DNA of 64,000 bases, from the NCBI GenBank assembly GCA_050506795.1, contig JBJHCF010000027.1:1-64000 (forward strand). The letters are read 5' to 3'. Position 1 is the stretch's first letter. Each line of letters starts with the position of its first letter. The notes below the pieces were generated by a model. The model searched no databases. It worked only from the letters and a program-made list of their open reading frames with translations, and had not been told where the DNA came from. Position numbers and translations under genes: made by a program. The stretch is from Opitutia bacterium. Its GTDB lineage: Bacteria > Verrucomicrobiota > Verrucomicrobiia > Opitutales > T3Sed10-336. Shown piece after piece: positions 35,999 through 46,759 of this stretch.

Positions 35999-38305
35999 TC
36001 ACTTTTCGGGGTCACCGCCGTTCTGCGGCATGAGCCATTGCCGAAACCGGGTGATGGCTTCGGGCATGCCAAGCACTACCAGTTCATCCCCGGCCTGAAT
36101 CCGTTCATTGCCGCCCGGGTTGATTATCATGCGTTCCTGCCTTTGGATACCGGCCACCTGGACTCCGGTGACCCGGTTGACATGCAGTTCGGCCAGGGAC
36201 TGGTTGGCGCGGGGGGATTCGAGAGGAACAAAAACGTTCTCCATCTGAACATCGTCGAGGCCGACGGTTCCCCGTTCGGTGTCTCCCCTCTCCTCCGTCA
36301 ATACTCTCCGGGCCGCTTCATTCTGGTCGTTTTCCCCGAGCAGGAGCAGCCGGTCACGCGGATACAGGACCGTTTGCGGGCCGGGGTTGCCGATGATAAA
36401 CCCCTGGCGGTCGACGCCGACAATCGAGGAGCCGAACCGTTGGCGCAGGGCCAGCTCGCCGATGGTTTTTCCCCCGCAGACGGCGTTGTCCGGAACAACG
36501 CATTCGGCAATACTCAAGTGAAGGTCCCGGTGCTTGCGGAGCCAGGGCGGCAGGACCCGGGAGGATTTGTGATAATCCTCGCTCATCAATTGCTGCAACT
36601 CGAATTCAAACTGGCTGTGAATCCGTATCAGGCGCCGGCGAAAAAGCACGGTCATCCCGATGGCCCACAGGATCAGGGCGGCGAACACCCACCCGGCCGC
36701 GGCGCCCAGCGGCAACAGGAACCACAACCAGAGCAACAGGAAGAGCGCCATGACCGCATTGATTCCCTGCTCGATTATCGAGGGCAGGACTTTGTCCCGG
36801 CGACTCCCGGCAACGGCTTCGGCCAGCAGCAAGGCCATGGCTGAAATATTCCTCCAAACGGCGTAGAGCGGGAACAATGCGATCACCCCCACCCCACCCC
36901 AGTAGAAAATCAGGGTGCCGTAGGGAAACAGGAAGTCGGCGCCGGTCACGCGTTCCATGGCCCGGTAAACCGGTTCGGCCACGAGGAGGAGCCCGCTGAC
37001 AAAAAATACACCGAGCCCGATCTGAATCAGGCGCTTCCGGCTCAATTCCCACAGACTGTTCTTGGCCGGCAGCCGGGAAAAGCGTTCGAGAAAGTTGTGG
37101 TAGTAGGTGATGCCATTCCTCAAAAAGCGGGGTTCCATCGCTTCCGCCATCGCGGCGATGCGCTCCGAGTGGCTAACCAGAAACGGACAGGCCAGCGCGG
37201 TCAGGAGCGAGACGCCGACCGCGAGCGGATAGAACAGATCCGGAACGACGGCCGCCGTAATTCCCGCCTGGGCGATGATAAAACCGAACTCCCCCATCGG
37301 GGTCAGCGCCAGGCCCGCCCGAACCGCGGAGCGGGACGGGGTTCCAATAATCACCAGGACGAACCAGGCGACGACCACGCGTCCGACGATCATGAGCAAC
37401 GCGACCCCGATAACGATGTGCCAGATTTCGGCCATTGTCGCCACATTGATGAGCATGCCGATAGCCACGAAAAAGACGGCGCTGAAAACGTGGCGCAAAC
37501 CCGCGAACGCCGTTTCCACCTGGCCGCGCTGGGCGGTTTCCGCCAGAATTGCGCCCACCAGGAACGCGCCGAACGCCAGGGAATACCCGGCGCGCTGGGT
37601 CATCACCGCGAGCAGGAGCAGGATGGAGCACACGATCACCGTCTGCAGCTCCATACCCGCCCGGCGGCTCAGCAGGCGCAGTAACCGTGGAAGGAGAAGA
37701 AGGCCGGTGATGGCCATGAAGATGACAAACGCGCCAAAGAACCCGATCGTCTCCCAAATGGCGGCCGGGGCCTCTTCGTCGATTCCTACATAGGAGAGAA
37801 GCAGCGTCAGCATCACGATGGCCACGATGTCCTCGAGCACCGTGACTCCCAGGGCCAATTGCCCGTGACGCTGGTGGGTCAGCCCGCGCTCCTGCAGGAC
37901 CTTGCCGATGATGGCCGAACTTGAGCTCACCCAAAGGCCGGCAAAAAACAGACTTTCGACCGAACTCAGCCCGAACGATGCCCCAATCACTCGCCACCCC
38001 GAGAACAGGACCACCGCGATCAGGACGGTAGCCAGGACAATAGGAAATCCCAGCCGGCGAAGGCGGGTGATGCTGAGCCCCATTCCGATCGAAAACAAAA
38101 GGAAAACCAGCCCGATATCCGCCAGGGTTTGAATGCGGTCGATATCCTCGACCAGGGGAAACGGCGGGGTGTAGGGCCCGATAATGATCCCGGCCAGCAG
38201 GTAGCCCACCACCACCGAAAGGCCCAGCCGATGAAACAGCAAGCCGACGGCTCCGGCCACCACCAGGACGATTCCGAGGTCTTGAAGAAAAGCGATTCCT
38301 GCCAT
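35999..38305 (-). CDS. CPA2-family cation:proton antiporter with two TrkA-C domains
   Basis: GYLLAGIIIGP, SSS.II.K, LEDI, FF.AIG and GEF motifs; two C-terminal RCK-C repeats. Confidence 0.88.
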   Translation of the reverse strand: MAGIAFLQDLGIVLVVAGAVGLLFHRLGLSVVVGYLLAGIIIGPYTPPFPLVEDIDRIQTLADIGLVFLLFSIGMGLSITRLRRLGFPIVLATVLIAVVLFSGWRVIGASFGLSSVESLFFAGLWVSSSSAIIGKVLQERGLTHQRHGQLALGVTVLEDIVAIVMLTLLLSYVGIDEEAPAAIWETIGFFGAFVIFMAITGLLLLPRLLRLLSRRAGMELQTVIVCSILLLLAVMTQRAGYSLAFGAFLVGAILAETAQRGQVETAFAGLRHVFSAVFFVAIGMLINVATMAEIWHIVIGVALLMIVGRVVVAWFVLVIIGTPSRSAVRAGLALTPMGEFGFIIAQAGITAAVVPDLFYPLAVGVSLLTALACPFLVSHSERIAAMAEAMEPRFLRNGITYYHNFLERFSRLPAKNSLWELSRKRLIQIGLGVFFVSGLLLVAEPVYRAMERVTGADFLFPYGTLIFYWGGVGVIALFPLYAVWRNISAMALLLAEAVAGSRRDKVLPSIIEQGINAVMALFLLLWLWFLLPLGAAAGWVFAALILWAIGMTVLFRRRLIRIHSQFEFELQQLMSEDYHKSSRVLPPWLRKHRDLHLSIAECVVPDNAVCGGKTIGELALRQRFGSSIVGVDRQGFIIGNPGPQTVLYPRDRLLLLGENDQNEAARRVLTEERGDTERGTVGLDDVQMENVFVPLESPRANQSLAELHVNRVTGVQVAGIQRQERMIINPGGNERIQAGDELVVLGMPEAITRFRQWLMPQNGGDPEK

Positions 38306-38465
38306 ATTTACTTGTCGTTTACGCGATATCGAGCTATTGAGAACATTGGAAGGCAGGTGCACATGAGACGCCCGATTTTAGACGTGTCGGGTGCTACCCG
38401 GCATGAACCGTGCTGACAGCTCACCTGACAATCGAGCTTAAACACAACGGAATTTAAAGCAAAAC

Positions 38466-38933
38466 ATGACTGATAGCAGCAATCTAGTAAGGTTAGTTTA
38501 CGTGAGCCGGTTGAGCAGGAATTGCACCCCGCAGCAACTCAAGGAGATCGTCGAAAAATCACGCCGAAACAACCCGGCTTACCAAGTAACCGGCGCTCTT
38601 TGTTATTCGATCAATGGCTTCCTGCAATGCCTCGAAGGACCCCGGGATTCGGTCAACGAGATTTACCGGCGTATCGTCCAGGACGACCGCAACGAGGAAG
38701 TGACATTGGTTGCCTATGAAGAATCCGAGGAACGCATCTTCGGCAATTGGGAGATGGCCTACGTTCGTGCCGATGAAATCAGCGCTCAGATCCTGAGTCG
38801 CAATAAAATCGAGCCGAAGTTTGAACCCTTTCTTCTCGACCGGGAACAATCCCTGGGCCTCCTAAAGGATATCGTTCGGGAGAAACTGGAGTTTGTCGCC
38901 AAGGAGAAATCCAAGCGGGACAAGGCGGGTTAA
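38466..38933 (+). CDS. BLUF-domain photoreceptor
   Basis: LVYVS, SRRNN..VTG.L, FLQCLEG, I..DDR and R.F.NW.M motifs. Confidence 0.88.
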   Translation: MTDSSNLVRLVYVSRLSRNCTPQQLKEIVEKSRRNNPAYQVTGALCYSINGFLQCLEGPRDSVNEIYRRIVQDDRNEEVTLVAYEESEERIFGNWEMAYVRADEISAQILSRNKIEPKFEPFLLDREQSLGLLKDIVREKLEFVAKEKSKRDKAG

Positions 38934-38972
38934 CGCCGGCTGCCGTGGCATGATCTCGCTTCGACCGCGGGA

Positions 38973-39413
38973 TTAGTTTAGGCGGTTCAACGCGGAGAGG
39001 TCGGCCCCGATCGACTCCGGACTCTGTTTTTCCAGAACCCGCAGATCATGTTCCGTAAAGGTGACCTCCTTGCCGGTGTGCTCGCGGATCGCGGCCGCCA
39101 GGCTTTCCGGTGTAATTGAATCGGGATCCAGATAAATAACCCGGTCCTCTCCTTCGGTTCCGGTTTCGTCGGGCGGGAGGTAAATCGCCCCGGTGCTGAA
39201 ATCGACCGCAAACGCTATCAGTCCCGGAATAAGAAAAATCAACAGACCGATTCCGTTGAGGATGACCACCGAGGGGTCAATTCTGGTTCCGGTCTGGCCC
39301 CGCCGCTCCGGATAAAGGAGTGTTCCGCAAGCGGACTGCAATAGGAGGGGAACGAGCAGGAAGGTGGCAAGCAATCGACTGAGGGGGCTACGTTTCTGTT
39401 GACTGATTTTCAC
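38973..39413 (-). CDS. Hypothetical lipoprotein
   Basis: Lipobox QSAC followed by GTLLYPERRGQ and a hydrophobic hairpin. Confidence 0.7.
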   Translation of the reverse strand: MKISQQKRSPLSRLLATFLLVPLLLQSACGTLLYPERRGQTGTRIDPSVVILNGIGLLIFLIPGLIAFAVDFSTGAIYLPPDETGTEGEDRVIYLDPDSITPESLAAAIREHTGKEVTFTEHDLRVLEKQSPESIGADLSALNRLN

Positions 39414-39668
39414 TTCGCCCCTTGGTAGGGCGGCACCAGTAAGCTGTCAAGTAATACCCCGGCTACCACACCGCGCGGATTCCTTGGTCCTGGCTTGGCA
39501 AAGCTGATATAGAGATTGTTGACCAAACGGCACGCGCACCGGGTTTAACCGGGATAAATGGTGCAGTTTAGCCCAAAACAGCCCCATACGTCTCTGCTTG
39601 ACCAGAAGCAGAGTTTAGTATATGGCTTAAAGTACCCAGTGTATTAACCCTCCATCAAATATATAGTT

Positions 39669-40394
39669 ATGAATGCGACTCGTCGCGGGTTTACCCTGAT
39701 CGAATTGCTAACCGTAATCGCAATCATCGGTATTCTCGCTGCCATACTAATCCCCGTGGTGAGCACGGTGCGGGAATCGGCGCGGCGGGCCAACTGCCTC
39801 AGCAATCTGCGCCAGATAGGTGTCGCCTCCTTCCTCTACGCCTCCGAGAACGACGGCCGGTTTCCCAGGATCAACGAAGGAAACTGGCCGTGGGACGCGG
39901 ATGTCTCCGCTATGAACGCCTTGATGCAAACCGGTGGCGGAGAACGGGATATGTTCTTCTGCCCCTCGTCCCAACACGGTGACATCCACGCCCGGCTCTG
40001 GGCATGGGAGTTCTTTGACCAGACCACGGATGAAGATGTGGCGGGCTTCAAAGTCATCAGCTACGTCCTGTTGTTCGCCAATTCCGGCGGCGGGGCGTCG
40101 CGAGGTATCGACGCTCGGTTCGTGCACAGCCGGGAGGGACAGCCGAAACCGATCACAGACGGACGGCAAACGGTGTACCGAACGGAAAGCCAGGCCGAGC
40201 TGGCCCTGGATTCGGTGATGTCGGTGGGTGATAATTTTCACTCGATCGCCAGCGGTGCGGAACGGACCAATCACCTGAACGGCCGGGATCCTGCGGGCGG
40301 TAACATCGTCTTCCTGGATGGCCACGTCACCTGGCGTCCGTTCTCCGAGATGAACACCGCCAAACACAGCGGCAGTCCCCAGTTCTGGTGGTGA
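39669..40394 (+). CDS. Prepilin-type N-terminal methylation / H-X9-DG protein
   Basis: [27 protein letters not shown] and NH...[11 protein letters not shown] motifs. Confidence 0.9.
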   Translation: MNATRRGFTLIELLTVIAIIGILAAILIPVVSTVRESARRANCLSNLRQIGVASFLYASENDGRFPRINEGNWPWDADVSAMNALMQTGGGERDMFFCPSSQHGDIHARLWAWEFFDQTTDEDVAGFKVISYVLLFANSGGGASRGIDARFVHSREGQPKPITDGRQTVYRTESQAELALDSVMSVGDNFHSIASGAERTNHLNGRDPAGGNIVFLDGHVTWRPFSEMNTAKHSGSPQFWW

Positions 40395-40485
40395 ACGCCG
40401 TCCCGCTTGAGCCCGTTGACCCGCAAGCCGGTTTTGGGATTGCGGGGGCGGACGAGTGGTAGAAGAATGCCCGGGTGTGAACCCG

Positions 40486-41580
40486 ATGAAATCATATTCG
40501 CTGCAGTCCGACCGCGTCGCCCTGGAAATCACGGAACTTGGCGGGCATATGGCCCCGGTGTGGTTTGATCTCGGAGAGGGCAAGCGGGTGAATCCGTATT
40601 CGCTGCCTCCCTGGAGTCCGGAGGATTTTCCCGATCAGCCCGCCTGCGTGCGCGTGCTGCGCGGGGATTTTTTCTGTTTTCCGTTCGGCGAGAGTGATTC
40701 GCGCTATTCTCCGCACGGGGAAACCGCTAACGGAAAATGGGAGTTGGCGGACCAGGGGGAAGAAGAACTCGTCCTGCGACGGACGCTGAAGGAATTTGCC
40801 GGGCGGGTGGAAAAATCGGTCCGCCTGCGGCCGGGCGACCTCGCCCTGTACCAGGAACACCGGATTTCGGGGGTGACGGGGGAGTACAATTACGGGCACC
40901 ACCCGATCCTGGCATTTCCCGAGGGCGTGAGTTGCCCCCTGCGGACCAGCCCTTTTCGTTTCGGGTCGGTTTACCCGGACGGGTTCGCCGGTGCCGGAGA
41001 ACGAAGCGCCTTGCGGCCCGGAGCCCGGTTTTCGTCCCTGCACGCCATTTCCACGGCCGACGGACGAGAGGTCTCCCTGGCCGAGTACCCCGCCCTGGAC
41101 GGCTGCGAAGACCTGGTCATGCTTACTGCGGCGGGCGGGGAACTGGCCTGGACCGCGGTGACTTTTCCCGGTTATGTGTGGGTGTCGCTCCGGCCGGTGG
41201 CCTCCTTTCCCTCCACACTCCTTTGGGTATCCAACGGCGGTCGGCCGCAGGCCCCATGGAATGGGCGTCATTTGCGCCGCCTGGGAGTGGAGGACGTCTG
41301 CTCGTGGTTTCATGAAGGGGTGCTGAAAAGCCGGGCGCAACACCTCCAATCGGAAGAGATCCCCACTGTGCGGAAGTTTGAGGCCGGCCAAACCACCCGG
41401 TTGCGGCAGGTGCAATTCGTCCATCCGGTAGCCGGTAGTCCGGGATTGAAGGCGTTGTCCGTGGTGGCGCCGGACGGGATCCGGCTCGAATTCGAAAACG
41501 GCGATAGCGCGACCGCATCAGTGGATGCCGCCTGGCTGACGGAAGCGTCCGAGGCGTCCTCCGTTCGGTCCGACGGGTAA
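40486..41580 (+). CDS. Hypothetical protein, possible mutarotase-like fold
   Basis: GGH.APV.F, LRGDFFC.PFG, PHG and GHH motifs. Confidence 0.6.
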   Translation: MKSYSLQSDRVALEITELGGHMAPVWFDLGEGKRVNPYSLPPWSPEDFPDQPACVRVLRGDFFCFPFGESDSRYSPHGETANGKWELADQGEEELVLRRTLKEFAGRVEKSVRLRPGDLALYQEHRISGVTGEYNYGHHPILAFPEGVSCPLRTSPFRFGSVYPDGFAGAGERSALRPGARFSSLHAISTADGREVSLAEYPALDGCEDLVMLTAAGGELAWTAVTFPGYVWVSLRPVASFPSTLLWVSNGGRPQAPWNGRHLRRLGVEDVCSWFHEGVLKSRAQHLQSEEIPTVRKFEAGQTTRLRQVQFVHPVAGSPGLKALSVVAPDGIRLEFENGDSATASVDAAWLTEASEASSVRSDG

Positions 41581-41587
41581 ACTTGCG

Positions 41588-42571
41588 CTACCGCCGGAAA
41601 TGCTCGTAGGCCGATCCCACGACCAGGTCGGGACACGACGCGGGCAAGCGAATGGGCGGGGCACCCGGCTCCCCGGCGGGCGCGGCGACGATCTTTCCGA
41701 TCAAGGTCAGCGGACAGGAGAATCGTCGCGTCCAATCTCGGATCAGGCCCCGCGGATTTTGGGATCCGTCCAAAACGAAGAGCAACTCGTAATCCTCGCC
41801 GTCGGTCAACGCGTGCCGCCAACCGTCTTCCCGGGCCATCGCCGTTCCGGCCAGCACCGGGCTCAATGGAAGACCATCCCACTCCAGTTCGGCCTGGGTG
41901 CCCGGCGGCAAGAGGGTCGGCAGGTCCTTGGCCAAACCATCACTCAGGTCAATCATGGAACGCACCTCCGAATGGGCGGCCAGCCAGACACCCTCCTCCA
42001 CCCGAGGTTTAAAATCAAAGTGATGCCCGGCCAGACTTCCCCCCAGGGTCCCGGTCACCAGCAACCAGTCGCCAACCTTCCCTCCTTTCCGGGTCAGAAC
42101 CCGGGTGCCCGCCGCCTCCCCGATCAGGGTGAGATAGGCCGAAAAGGGGCCATCCTTCCTTGCTACATCACCGCCCACGATCTTCACCCCGTATTGCAAA
42201 GCAACCTCGCCCAGGCCGTGGAAAAAACGTCGCAGCCAATCCAAACTCGTCTCGCCGGAAAGCGCCAGCGACAACACCGCCCGTCGCGGGAGGCCCCCCA
42301 TTGCGGCCACGTCGCTGATATTTCGCTTGAGTAATTTCGCCCCCACGGATTCAGGGGCGACGGAGGCGTCGAAATGACACCCCTCGATCACCGGATCGAC
42401 CGTCATCAAATGGGGACCCCCATCCGCTGCCAGGAAAACCGCGCAGTCGTCGCCGATCCCTTCCGGCGAAGGCGGATTAACCGGCCCCAACCAACCGGCG
42501 ATTCGGCGAATCAGCTCCTTTTCACCAATCTCTCCGACGGTACCGGCTGCACTGTTAATTTCTCCATCCAT
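41588..42571 (-). CDS. thiL: Thiamine-monophosphate kinase
   Basis: GIGDDCA, HF, NISDVAAMGG, GGD, IDLSDGL and DGEDYELLF motifs. Start uncertain. Confidence 0.92.
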   Translation of the reverse strand: MDGEINSAAGTVGEIGEKELIRRIAGWLGPVNPPSPEGIGDDCAVFLAADGGPHLMTVDPVIEGCHFDASVAPESVGAKLLKRNISDVAAMGGLPRRAVLSLALSGETSLDWLRRFFHGLGEVALQYGVKIVGGDVARKDGPFSAYLTLIGEAAGTRVLTRKGGKVGDWLLVTGTLGGSLAGHHFDFKPRVEEGVWLAAHSEVRSMIDLSDGLAKDLPTLLPPGTQAELEWDGLPLSPVLAGTAMAREDGWRHALTDGEDYELLFVLDGSQNPRGLIRDWTRRFSCPLTLIGKIVAAPAGEPGAPPIRLPASCPDLVVGSAYEHFRR

Positions 42572-42813
42572 AATCACGCCCCTAAGGCCGGATGCGGATC
42601 CGCGCATGACGGGCATGCGTCACGGATCCTTGTCACCGAACCCACCATTGCGGTCGGTCTTCCCTCCTGCCTAAAGAAAACCCGAACCCCCGCCGGTTCC
42701 AAAAATTCCGATTCCGGCGGTTCTCAACAAAACGCCCACATGCCGTTTACCGGCATGCGGGCTGTAAGGAACACGTTTGTTTTCACAATCCGTGCCCTGC
42801 GATCGAAATAGAT

Positions 42814-42993
42814 CTACTCGACCGCGTCCTGAACATCGTCGCCGAGATCTTCCATCTCATCGCCGACATCTTCGATCGTGTCGTCGATGGCCTCACCGGC
42901 ATCCTCGAAATCATTTTCCCCGCAAGCGGAGAAAACCAAAGCGATCGAGGCCATGAAGATTACTATCCAGTTCATTGATGTCTTTTTTCTCAT
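42814..42993 (-). CDS. Small acidic lipoprotein, 59 aa (absent from the ORF track)
   Basis: MRKKTSMNWIVIFMASIALVFSAC-GENDFEDAGEAIDDTIEDVGDEMEDLGDDVQDAVE; lipobox FSAC; AAGG RBS. Confidence 0.8.
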   Translation of the reverse strand: MRKKTSMNWIVIFMASIALVFSACGENDFEDAGEAIDDTIEDVGDEMEDLGDDVQDAVE

Positions 42994-43140
42994 AATACCT
43001 TCTCCCGACTATTATCGTTATAATTTTGTGAAACTTATCGATACTATTGTGGAATTTCCGCACACGCAAGCCCTTAACAGACGGGGCGTCCGTCGCCTGG
43101 ATCCCCTCCCGGCAACCGGAAAAAAGCCGTGCGTTTCCCT

Positions 43141-44049
43141 CTACTCCGCGAAGGTCACATCGGCGACCACCGGGAGGTGGTCGGAAGGGAAGCGGCCGTC
43201 GCGGATATCGGCCAGGATGCCGTGCTGAATGAACTCGAAGGTGGCATCGGCGAAAATAAAATCGATCCGACGGTCGGGGACGATCTCCCGGAAACCGCTC
43301 CAGGTGGACGTTGGCCCGTGGTGGCCGTAACGCGAGTGGTGAAATCCATCGTAAAGCATGATCTGATCCGGAGCGGCCGCGGGTTCGGCCAGGGCCCGGT
43401 AGGGTTCGTCGGAATCCGTGGTGTTGAGGTCACCCATCACGATCACAGGATCGTCCGCCGCCAACTCGGTCGCCTTGCGCCGGATCAACCGGGCGCTTTC
43501 GAGCCGGGCTTCCCGGCCCCGGTGGTCGAAGTGGGTGTTGAACACGATGAAGCGCCGATCGTTGGCCAGGTCGTTCATACGGGCCCAGGTGACAATCCGG
43601 GGCAAGGCCGCGTCCCAGCCGCGGCTGGCAACTTCCTCCGGGGTTTCCGAGAGCCAAAACGTCCCGTGTTCGATCACCTCGAATCGGTCGGTCCGGTAAT
43701 AGATCGCACAAAATTCTCCACCCCGGGCGCCGTCGTCACGTCCCACCCCGACCCAGGCGAATTCGGGCAGCAGCGCATCCAGTTCCTCCAACTGGTTCAC
43801 CAGACCCTCCTGCGTCCCCGCCAAATCGACCTGGTGAAACCGGAAGACCCCGGCGACAAAGTCCTTCCGGTGCGGCCAGGCATCGAGGCCGTCGTTCGGA
43901 TTGTCGTAACGAATGTTGAAAGACATGAGTCTCATGGGTGTTCCTTCCGGCTGGGTCGAGGGTTCAACCGCTTGTAGCGGAGAAAGGTCTCGGGCGATGA
44001 AGAGCAGGGCGACCAGGACGAGCAAGAGGGAGTGGATGAGTTTTTTCAT
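43141..44049 (-). CDS. Secreted endonuclease/exonuclease/phosphatase family protein
   Basis: SFNIRY, GTQE, NTHFDH, GDLN, RIDFIF and SDHLPV motifs; signal peptide. Confidence 0.88.
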   Translation of the reverse strand: MKKLIHSLLLVLVALLFIARDLSPLQAVEPSTQPEGTPMRLMSFNIRYDNPNDGLDAWPHRKDFVAGVFRFHQVDLAGTQEGLVNQLEELDALLPEFAWVGVGRDDGARGGEFCAIYYRTDRFEVIEHGTFWLSETPEEVASRGWDAALPRIVTWARMNDLANDRRFIVFNTHFDHRGREARLESARLIRRKATELAADDPVIVMGDLNTTDSDEPYRALAEPAAAPDQIMLYDGFHHSRYGHHGPTSTWSGFREIVPDRRIDFIFADATFEFIQHGILADIRDGRFPSDHLPVVADVTFAE

Positions 44050-44176
44050 TTGAATGCAAAGCTAGAACGACGCGGCGCCTGCTGTCGAACTGAAGAAGGA
44101 AAATAAGAACCGCCCGGGGCGGAACAACGCAGCGTGTACGGTGCAGGCTTCCGCGGCGCGGGCTGCTTGTCGGCCC

Positions 44177-44200
44177 CAGGCAGGAATGCCTGTTTCACCC
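44177..44200 (-). repeat. REP-like palindrome family D
   Basis: Exact 24-bp reverse complement of 51795-51818. Confidence 0.7.
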
Positions 44201-44256
44201 TGTTGCGGATTGGATATTCGGTCGACACCGGGGGGCAGATAGGTAAACAGGGAAGC

Positions 44257-44934
44257 ATGAAAGCCGCCGACCTTTTCACTTTGCCGGACGAATTTCCTTT
44301 TGCCGAGTACTTCGGTCCCGACGCCGCGCCCTGGGAATGGGTGGCGGCCATAGGCACGGCGCTGGCGGAGAGATCCCTTCCGGGGGGGCGGCGCGATTTT
44401 CCGGCCGGCGTTCATCGGGAGGGCGCGGTCTTTGTCCATCCCACGGTCAAACTTCCCCACACCTGCACCCTGATCGGCCCGGTCTACATCGGGGAGGGTA
44501 CGGAGATCCGTCCGGGCGCCTACCTCCGCGGCAACGTCATCGCGGGCCGAAACTGCGTCCTGGGCAACGCCTGCGAGTTCAAGAACGCGCTTCTCCTGGA
44601 CAGCGTGCAGGTTCCCCATTTCAGCTATGTCGGCGACTCCGTGCTCGGCGCCGGTGCCCACCTGGGGGCGGGCGCCGTGCTGGCCAACCTGCGGCTGGAT
44701 CGCAACGCCGTCAGCGTACGCCTGGCCTCCGGCACCGTTGACACCGGTCTGCGCAAACTCGGTGCCCTGCTGGGCGACGGCGCGGAAGTCGGCTGCAACG
44801 CCGTCCTGCAGCCGGGTACGATTCTGGAAAAGCGTTCGGTGGTCCTCCCGGGCATCGCCTTTGGCGGTCACCTCGCCGCCAACACCATCGCCCGCGTGCG
44901 GGAAACAATCACCACCATCCCCCGCAAGGATTGA
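44257..44934 (+). CDS. Hexapeptide-repeat (left-handed beta-helix) GlmU-C-like transferase
   Basis: PW, GPVYIG, IRPGAYLRG, PHFSYVGDS.LG and KLGALLGD motifs. Confidence 0.82.
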   Translation: MKAADLFTLPDEFPFAEYFGPDAAPWEWVAAIGTALAERSLPGGRRDFPAGVHREGAVFVHPTVKLPHTCTLIGPVYIGEGTEIRPGAYLRGNVIAGRNCVLGNACEFKNALLLDSVQVPHFSYVGDSVLGAGAHLGAGAVLANLRLDRNAVSVRLASGTVDTGLRKLGALLGDGAEVGCNAVLQPGTILEKRSVVLPGIAFGGHLAANTIARVRETITTIPRKD

Positions 44935-45006
44935 GCGTTGCCCTCCAGGAAATCTTGCGCGATTTGCGCAAGATTTCAGAAATAAGGGACTAAACCGCTA
45001 TAGCGG

Positions 45007-45726
45007 TCAGTACCTTTTGGGCCAGGGATGGAGTTCGTTCAGGATCGCGGGCCCCCACTCGGAAAACGGGGTTTCGCCGAAGATCATGACAACCGCAACC
45101 AGACCGAGGTTGAAGACGATAACTCCGACCACGATCTTGCTGGTCAAGGACCATGGCATTTGCCAGGGATACCGATGGCTCGACAGGCGCAAGCAGTCCG
45201 CTTTCTTGATCGCGTCACGACCTGCCTCCTGTTGCATTTTGCTCCACCGCAGCTTGCGTTGCATCACATTTCGCCGGTCCAACTTGCGGGTGCAGATGAT
45301 GCGAAAGGCGAGGATCAGGTCCTTGATCGGCAAAACTCCACGGCTGGCCCCGGAAAACCGCGCCATCACCCCGGAAAACCGGCTCAATCCGGCCACACCA
45401 GCCACACCAAAAGAAATTTCGGTAAACACCACCAGCACCAGGGCCATGGTGACAAGGGCCAAATCAAACTTAATGTCCCAGGCCGACCACGTCAGGATTC
45501 TGGACGTGTCTTTCGCCCCGTCGCAGTACTTTTTGACCACTTCAAAGAAAAAGTGAATCGAAACCAGAAAAATCAGCCAGAACAGGCTGATGCCGATGGT
45601 GAGCAGAAGCGTCAACCCGACGTATCCCACCAAAAACAGCCGCTTTTCGTCATGGTCCGCAATCCACGCGATAAAGCCCCTCTCCCGAGGGAAAGTTTGC
45701 TCCAGCTCATTCCCTTCCGTTCTCAT
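45007..45726 (-). CDS. Hypothetical membrane protein
   Basis: Several hydrophobic helices; co-oriented with its neighbours. Confidence 0.7.
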   Translation of the reverse strand: MRTEGNELEQTFPRERGFIAWIADHDEKRLFLVGYVGLTLLLTIGISLFWLIFLVSIHFFFEVVKKYCDGAKDTSRILTWSAWDIKFDLALVTMALVLVVFTEISFGVAGVAGLSRFSGVMARFSGASRGVLPIKDLILAFRIICTRKLDRRNVMQRKLRWSKMQQEAGRDAIKKADCLRLSSHRYPWQMPWSLTSKIVVGVIVFNLGLVAVVMIFGETPFSEWGPAILNELHPWPKRY

Positions 45727-45768
45727 TGCAGCCTTTGAAGCGACCTGTCCGCGAAGCCCGACCGACTC

Positions 45769-46092
45769 CTAGAAAACCCAGGCGATCAGCAGCCAGAAGA
45801 AAACGAAAAACACAAAGAATCCCGAGATCATGAACTGAATTTCGCCGATCAAACCTTCACCCGCCGCCATCGCAAAAGCGATCAGAATGACCACACTGAC
45901 GACGGCGGAAATGATGGCGGCCCGGCGCAAGCCGATCCCGCTGTCAAAGGTCACCGCCACCCATTCCGAGATCCCCGGCAGGGTGGTCGCCGCACCCAAC
46001 ACGATCAAGGCCACGACGAGGGCCGCGATAAACGAAGCCCCATAGAGAATCCGCAGGGCACGCCGACTCTCCCAGTTATCTCCCCCGTTCAC
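45769..46092 (-). CDS. Hypothetical membrane protein
   Basis: Three helices; GTG start overlaps the upstream stop (GTGA). Confidence 0.7.
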   Translation of the reverse strand: MNGGDNWESRRALRILYGASFIAALVVALIVLGAATTLPGISEWVAVTFDSGIGLRRAAIISAVVSVVILIAFAMAAGEGLIGEIQFMISGFFVFFVFFWLLIAWVF

Positions 46093-46562
46093 TCGGCCGT
46101 GGCCCTCCTCTTGCGGACAAAATCCCGGATCCAATGCGGGTTGGGCATCCCCTTCACCAGGAATTCCGGATTGTCACCGGTGGTGAAAACTTCGACCTGA
46201 CCGACCCGCAGAATCCTTTCCCAAAAGCCCTGCATCACCCGCACCGTACGGATCTGGGCCACATGCAAATCAACGTGACGTTTGCTGAGCAGGCCTTCCT
46301 CCAGGTGTATCTCATCCCCGCTAACCCGCAACCGGGTCGACCTGGTCCGGGCAAACCAAATCAGGAGAATGAAAAACGACAACGCCGTTAAAACAAGAAG
46401 GATGATCGCCGCGGTCGGCCCATGCTCCCTGATCTCCTCACGAAACATCATCAGCCCTACCACCGGGAGGACCAACATAAGACATAATATAATAAAGCTG
46501 CAGGGCCGGTTTCGGAACATGACCGGATGGCGATCATAACGAAGGTCTTGGGTATCGGTCAT
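46089..46562 (-). CDS. Bacterial PH-domain membrane protein
   Basis: Two TM helices, then GLLSK and I..V.V.Q...R.L.VG.V motifs. Confidence 0.8.
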   Translation of the reverse strand: MTDTQDLRYDRHPVMFRNRPCSFIILCLMLVLPVVGLMMFREEIREHGPTAAIILLVLTALSFFILLIWFARTRSTRLRVSGDEIHLEEGLLSKRHVDLHVAQIRTVRVMQGFWERILRVGQVEVFTTGDNPEFLVKGMPNPHWIRDFVRKRRATAE

Positions 46563-46759
46563 CGTGTGATTGGTTGAGCAGTGAATAAGTCAAAAATACC
46601 CGCCTTGACAATAAAAAAACCCTCCGCCGCAGGGAGAAAGCGGGACGCATACATTTCCGGATGACTAAACGCCGCGGGCGGATTTCCGGGATTGGTCTAA
46701 AGAATCAAATCGCGGCTCCGTGTAGGAAAATGCTTCCACCTGATCTTCCCTCGAATCCC

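Noticed and set aside
42617..42810. TPP riboswitch upstream of thiL
   Set aside because: I see no TPP consensus; the hairpins are better explained as the lipoprotein gene terminator.
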